The position numbers and the translations under genes are program-made. From an uncultured Gemmatimonadales bacterium (GTDB lineage Bacteria; Gemmatimonadota; Gemmatimonadetes; Gemmatimonadales; GWC2-71-9): 64,000 bases of DNA. Position 1 is the stretch's first letter; each line of letters starts with the position of its first letter. Positions 61,618 through 64,000 of the stretch are shown one piece after another. The DNA lies in NCBI GenBank assembly GCA_963771275.1, contig CAVYSW010000005.1, positions 32,001-96,000 on the forward strand, read 5' to 3'. The notes under the pieces are model-generated. The model had not been told where the DNA came from. It saw nothing but the letters and a program-made list of their open reading frames with translations, and made no database searches.

Positions 61618-62781
61618 ATGTTCCACGGTCTCCCGATCTTCCTGCGCCCGGCGTGCCGTCGCGGCATCGCGCTGCTGGCACTGCTGGTCCCTCCGTCCGC
61701 GCTTGCCGCCCAGCAGCCGCCGGCGCGGCGCGTCCCACCCGACACGGCCGCCGTGCAGCGCCGTCAGGTCGTGATGGACACCGCGCGCGCCCGGCAGCTG
61801 TACGTGAGCAACCGGCCGGAGGACCACCCGGGCGCCAACTTCGCCCGCCAGATCGAGCAGAAGCAGCGGACGGACAGCATCTACGCCGCGCGCAGCGCCG
61901 GCGTCATGGACTTCGCGAAGATCACCTACAAGAGCAACGTGGACGGCATGGAGATCCCGGCGTACCTGTTCCAGCCGCTCGCGAAGCGCGGGCCGCGCGG
62001 CCACGCCGCCATGGTCTGGGTGCACGGCGGCGTGCACGGGAACTGGGGCGAGACGATGCTGCCGTTCGTAAAGGAAGCGGTCGCGCGCGGCTACGTCATC
62101 ATCTGCCCCGAGTACCGCGGCAGCACGGGCTTCGGCGCCGACTTCTACAACGCGATCGACTACGGCGGGAAGGAGCTGGACGACGTCGTCTCGGCGGTCG
62201 ACTACCTCAAGACCCTGCCGCCCGTCGACCCCGACCGGGTGGGGATCATGGGCTGGAGTCACGGCGGGTTCATCACGGCCCACCTGCTGTTCCGCGAGCA
62301 GCATCCGTTCAAGGGCGGGGCGGCGATCGTGCCGGTGACGAACCTCGTGTTCCGGCTGTCGTACAAGGGACCGGGGTACCAGCGGAGCTACGCCACGCAG
62401 CGCGACATCGGCGGGCTGCCGTTCGAGGAGCGCGACGAGTACATCAAGCGCTCGCCCGTCTTCCACGTCCAGAACCTCAAGGTCCCGATCCTGGTGCACG
62501 TCGCGACCAACGACGAGGACGTGAACTTCGTCGAGGACCAGCAGATGGTCTACACGCTCCGCGCGCTCAAGCCCGATCTCGCCGAGACGAAGATCTACGT
62601 CGATCCGGCGCCGTGGGGGCCCTCCGTGGGACACGCGTTCAGCCGCCGCGTGGATCCCGTCACGCTGGAGCGCGTGGATTCGCCGGAGCAGATCGACTCG
62701 TGGAATCGGACGTGGGTGTTCTTCGAGTGGATCCTCCGTCCGTACGAGGACCGGTCCAAGCCGGCGACGCCGGCGCGCTAG
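61618..62781 (+). CDS. Secreted S9-family (prolyl oligopeptidase-like) hydrolase
   Basis: VWVHGG, YRGSTGFG, GWSHGG nucleophile, NDEDV, GHAF. Confidence 0.88.
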   Translation: MFHGLPIFLRPACRRGIALLALLVPPSALAAQQPPARRVPPDTAAVQRRQVVMDTARARQLYVSNRPEDHPGANFARQIEQKQRTDSIYAARSAGVMDFAKITYKSNVDGMEIPAYLFQPLAKRGPRGHAAMVWVHGGVHGNWGETMLPFVKEAVARGYVIICPEYRGSTGFGADFYNAIDYGGKELDDVVSAVDYLKTLPPVDPDRVGIMGWSHGGFITAHLLFREQHPFKGGAAIVPVTNLVFRLSYKGPGYQRSYATQRDIGGLPFEERDEYIKRSPVFHVQNLKVPILVHVATNDEDVNFVEDQQMVYTLRALKPDLAETKIYVDPAPWGPSVGHAFSRRVDPVTLERVDSPEQIDSWNRTWVFFEWILRPYEDRSKPATPAR

Positions 62782-62873
62782 GGTGCGCCACCGGGCGGCG
62801 GGCCGCTGAGCGCCCCGGGCGCGAACGGGAAACCGGGCCGGAGCCCACGCATGACACGGAGGCGGGAGCGCGA

Positions 62874-63686
62874 GTGAGGGTCGTCGCAGGACGCGATCGC
62901 GGCGCCGGCGTGCCGCGCGCCTGGTCACGGCGGGAGTTCGTGCAGGTCGCCGCGGGCTCCCTTGCCGCGTCGGTGCTGACGGGCTGCGTGCGCGGCGCCA
63001 CCACGCCCGATCCGGGAGACCCGCGGCTCTCGGCGCGGCCGGCGGCACCGACGGTCACCCCCACGATCGGCGTCGCCACGCCGCTCGGGCTCGGCGGCAC
63101 CCGGGACGGCATCCTCTACGTGCCGACCGGCTACGTCGGCGACACGCCCGTCCCGCTTCTCGTGGCGCTCCACGGGGCCGGAGGCTCGGGTGCCATGTGG
63201 GAGAGCTACCACGCGCGCGCCGAGCAGCGGGGCCTGGCGCTGCTGGCTCCGGACTCCCGCGGATCGACGTGGGACTTCGTCGCCACCGGCACGTTCGGCG
63301 CCGACGTGGCGTTTCTCGACCAGGCCCTGCGGTACACGTTCGAGCGCTGCCGCGTCGATCCCGAGCGGATCGCGCTGGCCGGCTTCTCGGACGGCGCGTC
63401 CTACACGCTGTGCCTCGGACCCTCCAACGGCGACCTGTTCAGCCACCTCGTCGCCTACTCGCCCGGCTTCGCGGTGGCCGTCGATCCGATTGTCGGGAAG
63501 CCGCGGATCTACGTCTCCCACGGCACCGCCGATCCGGTGCTTCCCGTGGCGACGACCCGCGACCACATCGTCCCGACGCTGCGGAACGCCGGCTACGACG
63601 TCACCTTCGACGAGTTCGCCGGGGGCCACCAGGTGCCGGCGGCCGTCTCCGAGGCCGCGTTGGACTGGTTTCTCGCGACGGGCTGA
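62874..63686 (+). CDS. Tat-exported phospholipase/carboxylesterase-family lipoprotein (start uncertain)
   Basis: SRREF twin-arginine motif, LTGC lipobox, [24 protein letters not shown]. Confidence 0.8.
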   Translation: MRVVAGRDRGAGVPRAWSRREFVQVAAGSLAASVLTGCVRGATTPDPGDPRLSARPAAPTVTPTIGVATPLGLGGTRDGILYVPTGYVGDTPVPLLVALHGAGGSGAMWESYHARAEQRGLALLAPDSRGSTWDFVATGTFGADVAFLDQALRYTFERCRVDPERIALAGFSDGASYTLCLGPSNGDLFSHLVAYSPGFAVAVDPIVGKPRIYVSHGTADPVLPVATTRDHIVPTLRNAGYDVTFDEFAGGHQVPAAVSEAALDWFLATG

Positions 63687-63841
63687 CGCGCCGCTCCGGC
63701 CCCCACGGTCGGCCGCCGGGCCCGACCCCAGCGCGCGGAACTCCAGGCCGCTCGAACGGTAGGCTTGTGCAGGACCGTACCGCCTGCCGTCATTTGATCA
63801 CTGTCCGGCCATGCCGACCTAACCTCCCAGAGGAAGCTCCA

Positions 63842-64000
<159 letters not shown>

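Overview
A very GC-rich, gene-dense 64 kb bacterial chromosomal segment. Its gene content (kinase-TolB proteins, VPS10/BNR hydrolase, S9 peptidases, DUF305/LVIVD pair, DUF5916) suggests Gemmatimonadota; that is an inference. It carries alpha-glucan genes (glgB; malQ, MFS transporter, GH13 amylase, CBM20-esterase, DUF5916), an RND pump, dba-dsbI, cfa, peptidoglycan-recycling genes (amgK-like/murU; M15 peptidase/mpaA/spmAB), iorAB-like molybdoenzyme genes, a cold-shock gene, a DUF134/NifX/CGGC operon and several secreted hydrolases. I recognised no rRNA, tRNA, CRISPR array, transposase or phage genes. The best candidate for an undescribed system is a translationally coupled minus-strand cassette at 37822-41713. 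It encodes a single-pass membrane protein ending in ACHD-(ACHS)x6-ACVSGGSH, a radical SAM/SPASM enzyme with an N-terminal RRE/PqqD-like segment, and an uncharacterised membrane protein. This looks like a radical-SAM protein-modification system whose substrate is a membrane protein tail rather than a small peptide. Other highlights are a promoter-to-terminator ~80 nt RNA divergent from the cold-shock gene, a 55-aa dba-like ORF missed by the ORF track, a one-base frameshift that creates an apparent AmgK-MurU fusion, an in-frame amber codon in an M15 peptidase, and two palindromic operators. All family assignments come from motif recognition by eye; no searches were run.
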